Below are positions 37,825 to 49,740 of a DNA stretch of 64,000 nucleotides, piece after piece (the first letter of the stretch is position 1; the number at the start of each line of letters is the position of its first letter). Made by a program: the position numbers and the translations under genes. The DNA is from an uncultured Pseudomonadota bacterium (GTDB taxonomy: Bacteria > Pseudomonadota > Alphaproteobacteria > RF32 > CAG-239): positions 11 to 64,010 of the forward strand of contig CACWUA010000001.1 in the NCBI GenBank assembly GCA_902763905.1, in the 5' to 3' direction. The notes under the pieces are model-generated. The model did not search any database and was not told the DNA's origin. It saw only the letters and a program-made list of their open reading frames with translations.

Positions 37825-38955
37825 ATGAAAGAACAGCATAAAAAAATTATCTCAAGAGTGGGAGCAATTGCTCTGTTGGTTATTATTTTAAATATAGGAT
37901 ATTGGACTTATCATCATCGGCATTCTCCGATATCCGTTACAAATGCCGACTTACCTCAAATATCGGTTTTACTGCCGGAGTCGCAGAATATAACTTTGAC
38001 TGATAATTATATCGGGAGGGTTGATGCTATTAATCAGGCGCAAATTGTTCCGTATATCAGCGGTTATATCATCGAAATATCCGCAATCGGCGGCCAATTT
38101 GTGAAAAAAGGTGAAGTATTGGCAACTATCAAACAATCGGAATATGTTGCCGCTCTTGCGCAGGCAGAAGCAGATGTATCTTCAGCCATGGCAGATTTAT
38201 ATAATGCAAAAATAAAATACGAAAGAATGCAAAAAGCCGGTAATAAGGCCGTTTCTCCAACCGATTTGGATAATGCCGAAGCCGGATATCTGACGGCTGC
38301 AGCTGCCTTAAAAAAGGCCGAAGCCGGTCAAGAAACGGCGCAGACCGAATTGGAATATACAAATTTAACCGCACCGTTTGACGGAGTTTTGGGAAATATA
38401 AATATGTCGGTGGGGGAATATGTTTCTCCGCAAAGCCGTAACCTAATGGAAGTGGTGCAATATGATCCGATTCGTGTGGTATTCTCCATTTCAGATAAAG
38501 AATACTTAAATCACTTTCAAAATGAGGCGGTGCAGAATCTGGTGGTCAGATTAAAGATGGCAAACGGTGATATATATGAAAATACAGGTGTGATACAATA
38601 TACGGAAAATGTTGTGAATAATCAAACCGGATCTGTTGCCGTTTATGCTGAATTTGCTAATCCCGAGCGCAAATTGATGCCTAATGCCTATGTTGAGATT
38701 CTGTTGGAAAGAGCTTACGACGATGCCGTTCTTTATCCCAAAAATTATGTAGATATGCGCTCCGACGGTAATTATATCAATGTGGTGCAAAACGGAATTT
38801 TAAAAACTCAGAAGATCCATATTTACGGTACTTATAATAACCAATATGTATTACGCAACGATTTTGCGGCTGATACCTATTTGGTTAATGAAAATATTGA
38901 ACCGCGCATGCTTAATCAAAAAGTGGCAATACATCTGCCGCAAGCGGAGAATTAA
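37825..38955 (+). CDS. RND/HlyD-family efflux periplasmic adaptor subunit
   Basis: N-terminal TM anchor, coiled-coil hairpin and beta-barrel adaptor architecture. The gene is immediately upstream of acrB. Confidence 0.8.
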   Translation: MKEQHKKIISRVGAIALLVIILNIGYWTYHHRHSPISVTNADLPQISVLLPESQNITLTDNYIGRVDAINQAQIVPYISGYIIEISAIGGQFVKKGEVLATIKQSEYVAALAQAEADVSSAMADLYNAKIKYERMQKAGNKAVSPTDLDNAEAGYLTAAAALKKAEAGQETAQTELEYTNLTAPFDGVLGNINMSVGEYVSPQSRNLMEVVQYDPIRVVFSISDKEYLNHFQNEAVQNLVVRLKMANGDIYENTGVIQYTENVVNNQTGSVAVYAEFANPERKLMPNAYVEILLERAYDDAVLYPKNYVDMRSDGNYINVVQNGILKTQKIHIYGTYNNQYVLRNDFAADTYLVNENIEPRMLNQKVAIHLPQAEN

Positions 38956-38958
38956 CGA

Positions 38959-41900
38959 ATGTTTTCTGAATTCTTTATAAATCGACCGCGTTTTGCAATT
39001 GTTGTCTCCATAGTAATGATATTGCTCGGATTATTGGCTTTAGCGGTTTTGCCGGTAGCACAATATCCGGAAATTACTCCGCCGCAAATCGTAGTTTCCA
39101 CAAATTATATTGGCGCCAATGCTCAAGTTCTGGCCGATACGGTTGCCATACCAATAGAAAATGAAGTTAACGGAGTGGATAATATGCTTTATATGTCATC
39201 GTCTTCTGATGACAACGGAGCATATAAACTGACGGTAACTTTCGAAGTAGGAACCGATGCAGACATAGCACAGGTAAAAGTACAAAACCGTTTGCAACAG
39301 GTAATGTCGGAATTACCTCAAGAGGTAACACAATACGGTTTGAATGTCAAAACACAGAATTCCAATATCTTGGCAATGCTGGTGTTGCGTTCACCCAATC
39401 ATACTTACGACGATTTATTTTTAAGTAATTATGCTTACACAAATCTGAAAAACACATTATCGCGTGTCAAAGGGGTTGGAGATGTACAAATTTTCGGCCC
39501 GCAATACAGTATGCGGATATGGCTTAACAGTGATAAACTTTACAGTATGGGATTAACGGCCGATGATGTTATGAATGCCGTCAAAACGCAAAATGTTCAG
39601 GCTTCTGTCGGAAGTGTCGGTGCGGCGCCGAGCAGCAGTGCCAATAAAATAGTCCTGTCACTGACAGCCAAAGGTTTATTGAAAACTGTGGAGGATTTCG
39701 AAAATATTGTGGTCACTTCGGCTGCGGCCGGTGGTATCGTCTATTTAAAAGATGTGGCACATATTGAGCTGGGAGCAGATATCTATAATTTGAAATCGGC
39801 CTATAATGATTCACCTGCTTTAATTATGGCTATTAATCAAACACCTAACTCAAATTCTTTACAAATTATGCAAAACATTCGTAAAAAAATGGCGGAAATA
39901 AGCAAACGTTTACCTTCGGATATTGAATTCCGTGTTTTATATGATTCAACCGATTATGTGCGAGCTTCAATCAAAAGTATTTTGGATACTTTAATTATTA
40001 CGTTTATTTTGGTGGTATTGGTAACATATGTATTTTTACAAAAAATAACTACAACCATGATTCCTCTTTTGACGATACCGGTTTCACTGATAGCCACTTT
40101 TGCTGTGATTTATATTTTGGGATTTAACATCAATATTTTGACTCTGTTTGCCATGATTTTAGCCATAGGTTTAGTGGTTGATGATGCCATTATCGTAGTT
40201 GAGCGGGTACAATATCTTATTTCTAAAGAAAGCTTAAATGCGCATGATGCGGCAGTTAGGGCTATGCACGAAATCGGCGGAGCGGTAATTGCCACAACTT
40301 TTGTTTTGTTGGCGATATTTATTCCGGTCGGCTTAATGGCTGGCATTACCGGAAAAATATATCAACAATTTGCGGTTACTATTGCCACCTCGGTAAGTTT
40401 TTCTTCAATTAACGCATTGACCTTAAGTCCGGCACTATGTGCGATATTTTTACGTAACGAGACAACTCGAGCCGTCGGTGTCTTTTTTCAAAAATTCGAT
40501 ATGTTTCTGAATTGGACGCGCGGTCATTATTTGCGTTTTGTAGGTTATTTGGCCGAGCGGCTGAAGATGACATCATTGCTTGTTTTGATAACAATAGGAA
40601 TTATCGGATTGTTGTTTAAGTTCATGCCCACATCTTTTTTGCCGGAGGAAGATCAGGGAATTTTATTTGCAAATATCCAATTGCCGGACATTGCCGGCAT
40701 CAATCAAACCAATGAAGTAATCAGTGAAATGAATCGACGCATTCAAAAAACACCGGGCGTAAAATATTTTATGACGGTTGCCGGTTATAGTATGCTCGGA
40801 GGGGGCGGAGAAAATGTCGCTTTCGGTGTTGTGGGTTTGGAGCCTTGGGCTGATCGCACCGATAAAAAACTTTCCGCTGATGCGATTCGTAATAGATTGA
40901 GTCAGGAATTTATCGGGTTTAATCAAGCCAAAATAAACTTTTTTGCGCCACCGGCAATTGTCGGAGTGGGACAGAGTAACGGTATTTCTTTTGAATATTT
41001 GGTAACCGACAATGAAATATCCGCTTCGGAATTGGCACAGCAATTAAATAAGTATCTGTCGGAAGTAAACAGCTCACCTGATTTCAGCTATGCTTTTTCC
41101 ACTTTTACCGCCGACACACCGCATATTTACCTCGATATAGACCGCCGCAAAGCCGAATATTATAAAGTAAGTGTGGCAGACTTATTTGCGGTTTTGCAGA
41201 ATAATCTCGGTTCACGTTATATAAATAATATCACCTTAAGCGGACAGGTGAACAAAGTCATATTACAAGCGGACTATGCGTACCGCGGCAGTATCGATGA
41301 TATTAGACGCTTACAGGTGCGCACACAAGATGGAAAACTCATCAGAATAGATAGTTTTGCGGATATCAAAACGGAGCTTTCTCCTAAAATTGTTTATCGA
41401 TTCAATCAATATACATCGGCCGGAGTAACTGCATTATCGCGAGACGGTATCAGCAGCGGTACGGCACTTGATACGTTGGAAAACATTCAGAAAAAAAGCG
41501 GAAACAATTATGATATTGCTTGGACCGGATTGAGCTTGCAAGAGGTAGAAAATCGCGGAGTCGCCGGTATTCTCATTGCTTTGGCAGCCGTATTTTGCTA
41601 TCTGTTTTTGGTGGCATTGTATGAAAGTTGGTTTTTGGCTCTTTCCGTAATTTTCTCGACGATTTTTGCCATATTTGGTGCGCTAATAGGCTTATTTTTC
41701 ATGGGAGAAGCACTTAGCATATATGCTCAGCTCGGTTTGGTGATGCTTATCGGTTTATCGGCAAAAAATGCAATTTTGATTGTTGAATTTACTAAAATGT
41801 ACCGTGAACAGGGATACAGCATAGCCGAGGCTGCGCAAAAGGGAGCAGAGGAACGTTATCGGGCGGTGTTGATGACGGCATTTACTTTTATTTTGGGCGT

Positions 41901-42090
41901 ATTTCCGATGATTATAGCTAAGGGAGCCGGTGCCGGTTCGCAAATAGCCATCGGCTCAGCGGTATTCTTCGGTATGATTTTTGCAACGGTTATCGGCATA
42001 ATTTTTATTCCGGCGCTTTTTGCAATTTTTGAAACGATTAAAGAATATTTTCAAAAACAATCAGAAAACAAGGAGATTGCCGATGTATAA
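38959..42090 (+). CDS. acrB: RND multidrug efflux transporter (AcrB/AcrD/AcrF family)
   Basis: The protein is 1043 aa with 12 TM helices and large periplasmic loops; the AcrB N-terminus [15 protein letters not shown] is present. Confidence 0.9.
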   Translation: MFSEFFINRPRFAIVVSIVMILLGLLALAVLPVAQYPEITPPQIVVSTNYIGANAQVLADTVAIPIENEVNGVDNMLYMSSSSDDNGAYKLTVTFEVGTDADIAQVKVQNRLQQVMSELPQEVTQYGLNVKTQNSNILAMLVLRSPNHTYDDLFLSNYAYTNLKNTLSRVKGVGDVQIFGPQYSMRIWLNSDKLYSMGLTADDVMNAVKTQNVQASVGSVGAAPSSSANKIVLSLTAKGLLKTVEDFENIVVTSAAAGGIVYLKDVAHIELGADIYNLKSAYNDSPALIMAINQTPNSNSLQIMQNIRKKMAEISKRLPSDIEFRVLYDSTDYVRASIKSILDTLIITFILVVLVTYVFLQKITTTMIPLLTIPVSLIATFAVIYILGFNINILTLFAMILAIGLVVDDAIIVVERVQYLISKESLNAHDAAVRAMHEIGGAVIATTFVLLAIFIPVGLMAGITGKIYQQFAVTIATSVSFSSINALTLSPALCAIFLRNETTRAVGVFFQKFDMFLNWTRGHYLRFVGYLAERLKMTSLLVLITIGIIGLLFKFMPTSFLPEEDQGILFANIQLPDIAGINQTNEVISEMNRRIQKTPGVKYFMTVAGYSMLGGGGENVAFGVVGLEPWADRTDKKLSADAIRNRLSQEFIGFNQAKINFFAPPAIVGVGQSNGISFEYLVTDNEISASELAQQLNKYLSEVNSSPDFSYAFSTFTADTPHIYLDIDRRKAEYYKVSVADLFAVLQNNLGSRYINNITLSGQVNKVILQADYAYRGSIDDIRRLQVRTQDGKLIRIDSFADIKTELSPKIVYRFNQYTSAGVTALSRDGISSGTALDTLENIQKKSGNNYDIAWTGLSLQEVENRGVAGILIALAAVFCYLFLVALYESWFLALSVIFSTIFAIFGALIGLFFMGEALSIYAQLGLVMLIGLSAKNAILIVEFTKMYREQGYSIAEAAQKGAEERYRAVLMTAFTFILGVFPMIIAKGAGAGSQIAIGSAVFFGMIFATVIGIIFIPALFAIFETIKEYFQKQSENKEIADV

Positions 42091-43465
42091 AGCCTTATTT
42101 TGCAGCGTGGTTTGCCTGTTCTGTTTATCTTGCAGTGTCGGACCTGATTATAAGCGTCCTCAGTTTTATAATGAAGCAACTATAGCGCAAGAACTCAATC
42201 TCCAAAATATCGCTTCTTTACCATGCAATTGGTATAAGCAGTTTGCTGATTCGCAATTAACCGGCTTGGTGGAACAAGGTTTACAAAATAGCACAAATGT
42301 CAATATTGCCATAGCTCGACTGTGGCAAGCACGGGCTACATTACGGATCAATCAGGCTGATTATTTGCCGCAAGTCGGTTTGAAAGGCGGATATAATTAT
42401 AATAAGGCCAGTGAAAATATCGGATTGACAGCAGATTCACATTATTATTCTGCCGGATTCGATGCTTCTTGGGAACTTGATTTATGGGGTAAAGGACGAC
42501 AACAAATCAAGGCAGATACGGCAACTTTATCGGCGGCAGAATATACGGTACGTGATGTGCGCTTAACGGTAGCTGCTGAAATTGTTGCCGACTATATATA
42601 TTTGCTGCAAAATATGGAAAATTTACGCATAGCAGAACAAAATGTTCGTCTGCAACAAGATATTTTAGATACGGTAAAGGCCAAGTATCAAAACGGGTTA
42701 AGTGATGAAACAGCATATAGCGAAGCACAATATTTGCTTGAGAATACTAAGGCCCAGATTCCTGTTTATCGTGAGCAGACAGAACAATATAGAAATGCTT
42801 TGGCGACGGTTGTCGGCGTAATTCCGTCGGAATTGTCTCTGAAAAAAGCCGATGCTTATAAGTTCATACATCAAAAAGTTGAGCCGGAACTTAATTCCTT
42901 TCCACTATATGTTATACGATTGCGGCCTGACGTGGCGGCTGCCGAACAGCAGTTGATAGCGCAAAATGCTTTGGTCGGCAAAGCTGTGGCCGAATTGTAT
43001 CCGGATATAAGTATCAGTGGGTTATGGGGATATGCGGCATCGGGTGGCAGTAAATTGATTCGCTCAAGCAGTCAGACATATAATTATGCACCCTTGTTAA
43101 CTATGCCTTTATTGGATTGGAATAAGCTACAAAATAATATTGAGATGCAAGAGCACATCCGTCAGGAAATATCGGAAAACTATAAACAAACGGTGCTTAA
43201 TGCGATAGCAGAAATAAAAAATGCTCAAACTTCATTTAAGCAAAATCAAATTGCCGCTAGCAGGAAATATGCTGCCGTAACCAATATGCAAACCGCAGCA
43301 AAACTGACACAGCAAAAATATATCAATGGTTTGATAGAATTTTCAGAGGTTGTTCGCACCCAACAAAATCTTTTAAGCGCACAGCAAGAGTATATTGCCT
43401 CTCAGGCTCAGATTTTGCAAAGTCTTGTCGCTTTTTATAAAGCTGTCGGGGCTCCGGTACAGTGA
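42083..43465 (+). CDS. Outer membrane efflux lipoprotein (NodT/OprM family)
   Basis: A lipobox follows the ATG at 42083 (LFCLSC). The ATG overlaps the acrB stop (ATGTATAA). Two OEP repeats are present. Confidence 0.8.
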   Translation: MYKALFCSVVCLFCLSCSVGPDYKRPQFYNEATIAQELNLQNIASLPCNWYKQFADSQLTGLVEQGLQNSTNVNIAIARLWQARATLRINQADYLPQVGLKGGYNYNKASENIGLTADSHYYSAGFDASWELDLWGKGRQQIKADTATLSAAEYTVRDVRLTVAAEIVADYIYLLQNMENLRIAEQNVRLQQDILDTVKAKYQNGLSDETAYSEAQYLLENTKAQIPVYREQTEQYRNALATVVGVIPSELSLKKADAYKFIHQKVEPELNSFPLYVIRLRPDVAAAEQQLIAQNALVGKAVAELYPDISISGLWGYAASGGSKLIRSSSQTYNYAPLLTMPLLDWNKLQNNIEMQEHIRQEISENYKQTVLNAIAEIKNAQTSFKQNQIAASRKYAAVTNMQTAAKLTQQKYINGLIEFSEVVRTQQNLLSAQQEYIASQAQILQSLVAFYKAVGAPVQ

Positions 43466-43469
43466 AGAT

Positions 43470-43928
43470 TTATTGATAATTAAGATCTTCAAACGGAATT
43501 CTGTCGGCCGGTCTTTGCGGTTTATAAACAAATACGTTACTCACTGTCGGAATATCATATCTGCGATGCCAGTAGCCTTTCTTTTCCATACATAAACGAT
43601 ACTCTTTCGGATTCGATTCGGCAGAATCGCGTATAGAATTCACTAACAGCGGCGAAGCCCCGCGGTATGGCACATAACTGGCCCAAATACCTTTTTCTTT
43701 ATGCCAATCTACATGGATATTATAGCGATATTCTTCCGAATAAAACCAGTTTGATATGTGTGGCCAATGAAACCAACCTTCGGCCTGTTTCAAACATTCG
43801 GAATGGTCGCGTGAAAATTTGGCAACACCGGTATTTTCGCGTTCCCAGTGATAAATAATTTGACCTTTACCGCCGTAGGAGGAACAGGCACCTAAAAAGA
43901 AACTCATTAAAATCAATAAATATCTCAT
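43470..43928 (-). CDS. Hypothetical lipoprotein
   Basis: The lipoprotein signal is MRYLLILMSFFLGAC. The start was trimmed to the ATG at 43928 so the gene does not overlap the GST gene. Trp/Tyr-rich; no family recognised. Confidence 0.45.
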   Translation of the reverse strand: MRYLLILMSFFLGACSSYGGKGQIIYHWERENTGVAKFSRDHSECLKQAEGWFHWPHISNWFYSEEYRYNIHVDWHKEKGIWASYVPYRGASPLLVNSIRDSAESNPKEYRLCMEKKGYWHRRYDIPTVSNVFVYKPQRPADRIPFEDLNYQ

Positions 43929-43929
43929 A

Positions 43930-44595
43930 TTAAAAATCCAAATTTGTATAATGGGTTGACGGATAAATATTCTTGATTCGATCATTTAAAATCTCTTTAA
44001 AACTCGGTCGTGATTTAATTTGCGAATACCATTGCTTGGCGTTCTTAAAATCTTCCCACGGCACATCGCCCAAATAATCGATGACGGAAAGTTGCGCCGC
44101 CGCACTGATATCTGCCAGCGAAAAACCGCCGTTGACAAGATAATTATTGCGCTCAACCATCCAATCAATATATTCCAAATGAAAGCGCAGATTATTGATT
44201 CCGACTTGGATTCGTTTAGATTCGGGAGGTTGATGCAAAGCAAAACGCTTATAAACTTTTTCACCTACAATATATTGATAAACTTCGCGATAAAACTTGT
44301 TGTCAAACCAATCAATCAATCTTCTGGTTTCGGCGCGTTCTTTATTGTTACCGTTAATTAAGCGGTTTTGAGTATAAGTTTCTTCCAAAAATTCGGTAAT
44401 GGCATAATTACCGGCGATAATATTGCCGTCAAAAATAAACACCGGTAATTCGCCTGCCGGATTGATTTTCTTTATATCCGTTGATAATGCCCACGGTGTT
44501 TCTTCTTTTAAAACATACAGCATCCTCTTTTCGGCCATCAAAATCCGAATCTTACGGCAGTGCGGTAAAATATTGCTATGCACCAAAAGAACCAT
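43930..44595 (-). CDS. Glutathione S-transferase family protein
   Basis: GST N-terminal thioredoxin-like domain (CRKIRILMAEKRM..ELPVF) and a C-terminal helical domain. An AGGAGG RBS lies upstream. Confidence 0.75.
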   Translation of the reverse strand: MVLLVHSNILPHCRKIRILMAEKRMLYVLKEETPWALSTDIKKINPAGELPVFIFDGNIIAGNYAITEFLEETYTQNRLINGNNKERAETRRLIDWFDNKFYREVYQYIVGEKVYKRFALHQPPESKRIQVGINNLRFHLEYIDWMVERNNYLVNGGFSLADISAAAQLSVIDYLGDVPWEDFKNAKQWYSQIKSRPSFKEILNDRIKNIYPSTHYTNLDF

Positions 44596-44603
44596 ATAAC
44601 CTC

Positions 44604-45602
44604 CTAAATTCCTTCCAAAACATCATCAATTGATTTTTCTTTGACCTGTTGCTCGATAATGTGTCCTGAATTAATCGTTACACCATAGTCGAGATCCTGA
44701 TGTTCTTCCTGTTTTTCTTCAATATTATGCCGTGCAAAGGACGGAGGAACCGTTCCGGCATAAAAATTTTCTTCCTCAGTAACCATTCGCAAAATTTCTT
44801 TCTTTACGGCATTGGCATAATCCGGTTTGGAGAACTCTTCCTGAAAAATTTCCATATATTGAGAAAGTCGCGGTGTTACTTTGGATATAGCAATAAATAA
44901 CGGAATTTTAAATAGCGGTTGATGAGAATAAGCCAAAAAACTGCCTAATCCGTAATGGCTGGCCATCATACGATTATAATACAGTCCACCCAGCATATAA
45001 TCGGCATCTCCCATAATAAGTTTTTCATAACCTTCGTAAGGAGTATCTACGTATTCTACACCCAATTCTTTTATTTGCTGCGCTATAAAATCGCTTATTT
45101 GTTCGGTTTTGGATATTACACCGCGCAAATTTTTCAATTCATTGCGGTTCTTAATTTCAGAGGCTTTTTCCTGTATTGTAATCAGATGTATCGGGTTGGC
45201 AATACTCGCCGGAAAAATCAACTGTAAGCCATTGTATAGATGAGTGTTTGAATAAGCACCGATATATAAATGATATTTACCGCTGCGAACAGCCAGTGTC
45301 AGCATTTTGGGATCTAATTCATCTGCCGTGAGTAATTGAGGCTCTATATTGATACCGTGTTTTCTTAAAACATCTATTGTCGGCTGCAATAAAGCACTCT
45401 CCAAATCAAGCATCGAACTGTTTTTTCTTTTTGAAACATAGCGCGAAAAAGGAGGATAATCTACCAACCCTACGGTTAAAAGAGGTGTGTTGAAATAATT
45501 TTCCACTTTTACCATACCTGAGGTTTCTTCAGCCGAAACGGATGCAATAAAACCGAAAATTAACAAAAAGATAAAAAAACAAAAATTTTTCATTGTCCGC
45601 AC
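44604..45602 (-). CDS. Periplasmic solute-binding-like protein (signal peptide; PBP type-2 fold suspected)
   Basis: Signal peptide MKNFCFFIFLLIFGFIASVSA, ~330 aa. Weak resemblance to amino-acid/transglycosylase-associated SBP folds. Confidence 0.45.
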   Translation of the reverse strand: MRTMKNFCFFIFLLIFGFIASVSAEETSGMVKVENYFNTPLLTVGLVDYPPFSRYVSKRKNSSMLDLESALLQPTIDVLRKHGINIEPQLLTADELDPKMLTLAVRSGKYHLYIGAYSNTHLYNGLQLIFPASIANPIHLITIQEKASEIKNRNELKNLRGVISKTEQISDFIAQQIKELGVEYVDTPYEGYEKLIMGDADYMLGGLYYNRMMASHYGLGSFLAYSHQPLFKIPLFIAISKVTPRLSQYMEIFQEEFSKPDYANAVKKEILRMVTEEENFYAGTVPPSFARHNIEEKQEEHQDLDYGVTINSGHIIEQQVKEKSIDDVLEGI

Positions 45603-45732
45603 CTGTTTTATATCTCCGACATTGCCATATAAGTGTTTTAAGCATAAATAAATTGTGTTAAAAAGATTTTAACCGATTGCATAAAAACAATTATTTTGTA
45701 ACATAATACAAAAGAAAAATGAAAAGTACAAG

Positions 45733-46515
45733 ATGATAAATATAAATAAAAACTTATTTTTGCAGCGAAAGAACAATATAATTGCCATAACCTCGGGTGT
45801 GGGCAGTATGGGCAAAACATGGCTTGCGGTTACATTATCGCACGCATTGAATATGCTGCAACAATCTGTTTTGCTGTTTGATGCGGATAATGGTTTACTG
45901 AATGTTTCCGCACAGATTGAACAAACGGCGCCTTTTTCACTGAATGATGTGGTATCATCGGCGGCAACGCTCAATCAAGCAATAATCTCCGTTAATCGGC
46001 GCAAATTTGATGCTATATCAGGTGATACGGGAGGTAATATATTGGAGAGTACTCCTGTCGGTCGTCTGCAAATTTTGCGGGATGACATAATGTGTCTTGC
46101 TTGCGATTATGATTATTTATTGTTGGATTTGCCGGCATCGGAAAAGATAGCACAAAATATTTTGCCGCCTGAAAGCAATTTGATTTTGGTGTGTACCAAA
46201 GAACCTTCAAATTTGGTATCTACATATAAGTTTTTGCAGACCGCGGCAGCTGCCGAGCGTTATAAGAACATGCAGATTATCGTTAATTATGCTCAATCTT
46301 ATGAGGAAGGTTTGCAAACCTATAATATTTTACGTCGCGCTTGTGAAGAATATATTACACAAACCCCTTTATTATTGGGAGTTGTCCGCCGTGATACCAG
46401 AGTGAGAGATGCTATCCGTAATCGCTTTCTGTTGCTGAACCGCTATCCGAATTCCGAGGCCGCGGCCGATATTATGCAAATTGCTCGCAAAATACTGCAA
46501 AAAGGAGAAAAATAG
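45733..46515 (+). CDS. Degenerate ParA/MinD-family P-loop ATPase (orphan)
   Basis: IIAITSGVGSMGKTWLAVTL is a P-loop that departs from the deviant Walker A KGGxGK[ST]. Downstream it has the MinD/ParA-like LLFDADNGL pattern. Confidence 0.55.
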   Translation: MININKNLFLQRKNNIIAITSGVGSMGKTWLAVTLSHALNMLQQSVLLFDADNGLLNVSAQIEQTAPFSLNDVVSSAATLNQAIISVNRRKFDAISGDTGGNILESTPVGRLQILRDDIMCLACDYDYLLLDLPASEKIAQNILPPESNLILVCTKEPSNLVSTYKFLQTAAAAERYKNMQIIVNYAQSYEEGLQTYNILRRACEEYITQTPLLLGVVRRDTRVRDAIRNRFLLLNRYPNSEAAADIMQIARKILQKGEK

Positions 46516-47660
46516 TGTCGAATTTTGATGCTCTTGGGTATTATGCGATTTTGGAGGTTGATTATGCGGAAGATATTTCCGTAATAAAAAAACAGTATTA
46601 TCAAAAAGCAAAATATTGGCATCCTGATCATAATACCAGTCCCAAAGCTCAGGATATGTTTCAGATGACGTCGGTAGCATACGGTATTCTGCAAAATCCG
46701 CGAACCAGATTGATTTATGACTTGCTGTCATGCATTTACACTACCAAAGATTTTCCACTTATCGGATCATTGAAAATTTATAAAAATCAAAAAGACAATG
46801 ATGATAAAGCACTTCGTGTCTTAAAGCAGCGTATTTGTGTCGGTAAAAGTTTGCAGGAACGTAAAGATATTTGCAATATTCGTGAAGCCGGCAATATGGT
46901 GTTGACCACTGCAATAAACAACTGGCTTAAAGGTTGGTGGCACAAAAACGGATTTAATCGAACATTGTCTGCGATTCGCTATAATATGCAAACAGTGTCT
47001 GCCGATGATAAAGATAACTTGAAATTGCTGATACATAACGCAGTGGCTTATGAACAGGAAAACAACAAGGAAATGGCATGGATTTATGCCAAACAGGCCG
47101 AATCAATGCAAATTACCGATGAGCATACACGGTTATATATCGGTAAGTTTATAGAAATGCTGGATTTTCGTCCGGATAAAAAAGTTGTTTTGCCGTACTG
47201 GAATTCCACCGAATTAAAACGCAAACAGATGATTTTCCCGCTGATAGTTTTTCTATGTGTATTTTTATCGGCCTTATATGTTATGGAGCGCAACGGCATA
47301 TTTGTACGCGGCACAGCTACGGAAAACGAGTATTATGAAGTGCGGCAAATCGGAGGATATCTTGTGCCGTCTGATATGGTGGAATCTCGCATTATAAAAA
47401 CAGGCAGCAATCCTTATGAACAAGATGATATTTGGCATATTGCGGATGATTGCGTAATTTATTACGGTCCGGATACACGTTACTCTCCACTGCGTCATGC
47501 GTATAAAATGCAAACCGTTCGGATTGTCGGATATACTGTTGACAAGAAGTGGTATCAGATTATTATGGATGACGGAGCTATCGGATATGTCCGTCAGAAT
47601 AATTTAGAAAAAGGTTTCGGCACATCGGTACCAGCCGGAAGCCATGTTTTTAAGGGATAG
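46515..47660 (+). CDS. J-domain protein with a central TM helix and C-terminal SH3b-like domain
   Basis: A GTG start overlaps the upstream TAG stop. The J domain carries an HPD motif (YYQKAKYWHPDHN). A TM segment (IFPLIVFLCVFLSALYV) is followed by a C-terminal WYQIIMDDGAIGYVRQNNLE SH3_3-like motif. Confidence 0.6.
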   Translation: MSNFDALGYYAILEVDYAEDISVIKKQYYQKAKYWHPDHNTSPKAQDMFQMTSVAYGILQNPRTRLIYDLLSCIYTTKDFPLIGSLKIYKNQKDNDDKALRVLKQRICVGKSLQERKDICNIREAGNMVLTTAINNWLKGWWHKNGFNRTLSAIRYNMQTVSADDKDNLKLLIHNAVAYEQENNKEMAWIYAKQAESMQITDEHTRLYIGKFIEMLDFRPDKKVVLPYWNSTELKRKQMIFPLIVFLCVFLSALYVMERNGIFVRGTATENEYYEVRQIGGYLVPSDMVESRIIKTGSNPYEQDDIWHIADDCVIYYGPDTRYSPLRHAYKMQTVRIVGYTVDKKWYQIIMDDGAIGYVRQNNLEKGFGTSVPAGSHVFKG

Positions 47661-48788
<1,128 letters not shown>

Positions 48789-48789
48789 T

Positions 48790-49740
48790 ATGGCAAATAA
48801 AACAGAAGTTAATGAAAAGTATCTGGAAAGCTTTAAAAAAGAGAATAAAAAGGCCGGTATCAGAGTTTTTGTGGCCGGCGGCTCGCGTTCCGGCAACGAA
48901 AAACAATATGCGCATGAAGCATATATTCTGGGGCGTAAAATTGTTGAAATGGAATTTAAACTCGACTTCGGACTCTCTAACAGAGGGATTATGGGTGCGG
49001 TGGCCAGAGGTGTTCTCGACGGGTGGAACGATAAACAGGAAGGAAAGGGCGAGTTCCCGATTCAGGGTATTACCACCAAAAAATATTTTGATTTATATCC
49101 GAGTGATGATGACCTTATCCGCAAAATGGATATTGTGGTGGCGCGCACACTGGAAGAACGTAAACGTAAATTATTGAAAGCCGATTTTGTGGTGTTTACC
49201 CCGGGCGGTGTCGGCACTTTGGATGAGTTGGCATACGATTGCGTGGCTATGCAAGACGAAATGTTGCCGATTAAACCATTTATTATCTATAATATCAACG
49301 GTTTTTTTCACCATCTGCTCGAATTTTTGAAGCATATCGCGCAAGAAGGATTTGCCGATCCGGTACCATTTATTGTGGTGGATAATGCCGATGAGCTGGA
49401 AATAGCTTTTCGCTGGCTGAAGCTCAAAAAAATAGATTGCCACAACAGTAAAGAAGTTTTTGTAATGGCACGTAAACTGATTTATGAGTTGCCGTATTAT
49501 AGCAAACAAAAAGAAAATTATGATATGGATGTAGAAACTTGCGCCGAGCGAATGGATTTTATCAAAGAACACGGCTCTGATTTTGACAGACAGGTGCTGC
49601 AGGATGAAATTCGCACAGCATATTTTGAAAACGAAATAGAAAAAATGTATAATCGATTGGCGCAAGCCGGCAAAGATACCGGTATTGTAAGCGAAAAGTT
49701 GGCTGCACTGAAGAAACGGCGTAAAGAGATGATGGAATGA
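48790..49740 (+). CDS. LOG family (TIGR00730) cytokinin riboside 5'-monophosphate phosphoribohydrolase-like protein with a C-terminal extension
   Basis: PGGVGTLDEL motif and a Rossmann-like N-terminus. The stop overlaps the next gene's start (ATGA). Confidence 0.7.
   Translation: MANKTEVNEKYLESFKKENKKAGIRVFVAGGSRSGNEKQYAHEAYILGRKIVEMEFKLDFGLSNRGIMGAVARGVLDGWNDKQEGKGEFPIQGITTKKYFDLYPSDDDLIRKMDIVVARTLEERKRKLLKADFVVFTPGGVGTLDELAYDCVAMQDEMLPIKPFIIYNINGFFHHLLEFLKHIAQEGFADPVPFIVVDNADELEIAFRWLKLKKIDCHNSKEVFVMARKLIYELPYYSKQKENYDMDVETCAERMDFIKEHGSDFDRQVLQDEIRTAYFENEIEKMYNRLAQAGKDTGIVSEKLAALKKRRKEMME

Noticed and set aside
43440-43470. GAAGAT…ATCTTC inverted repeat after the outer-membrane efflux gene
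   Set aside because: It has no flanking U-run on either strand and the stem is AT-rich, so it is not a convincing terminator.
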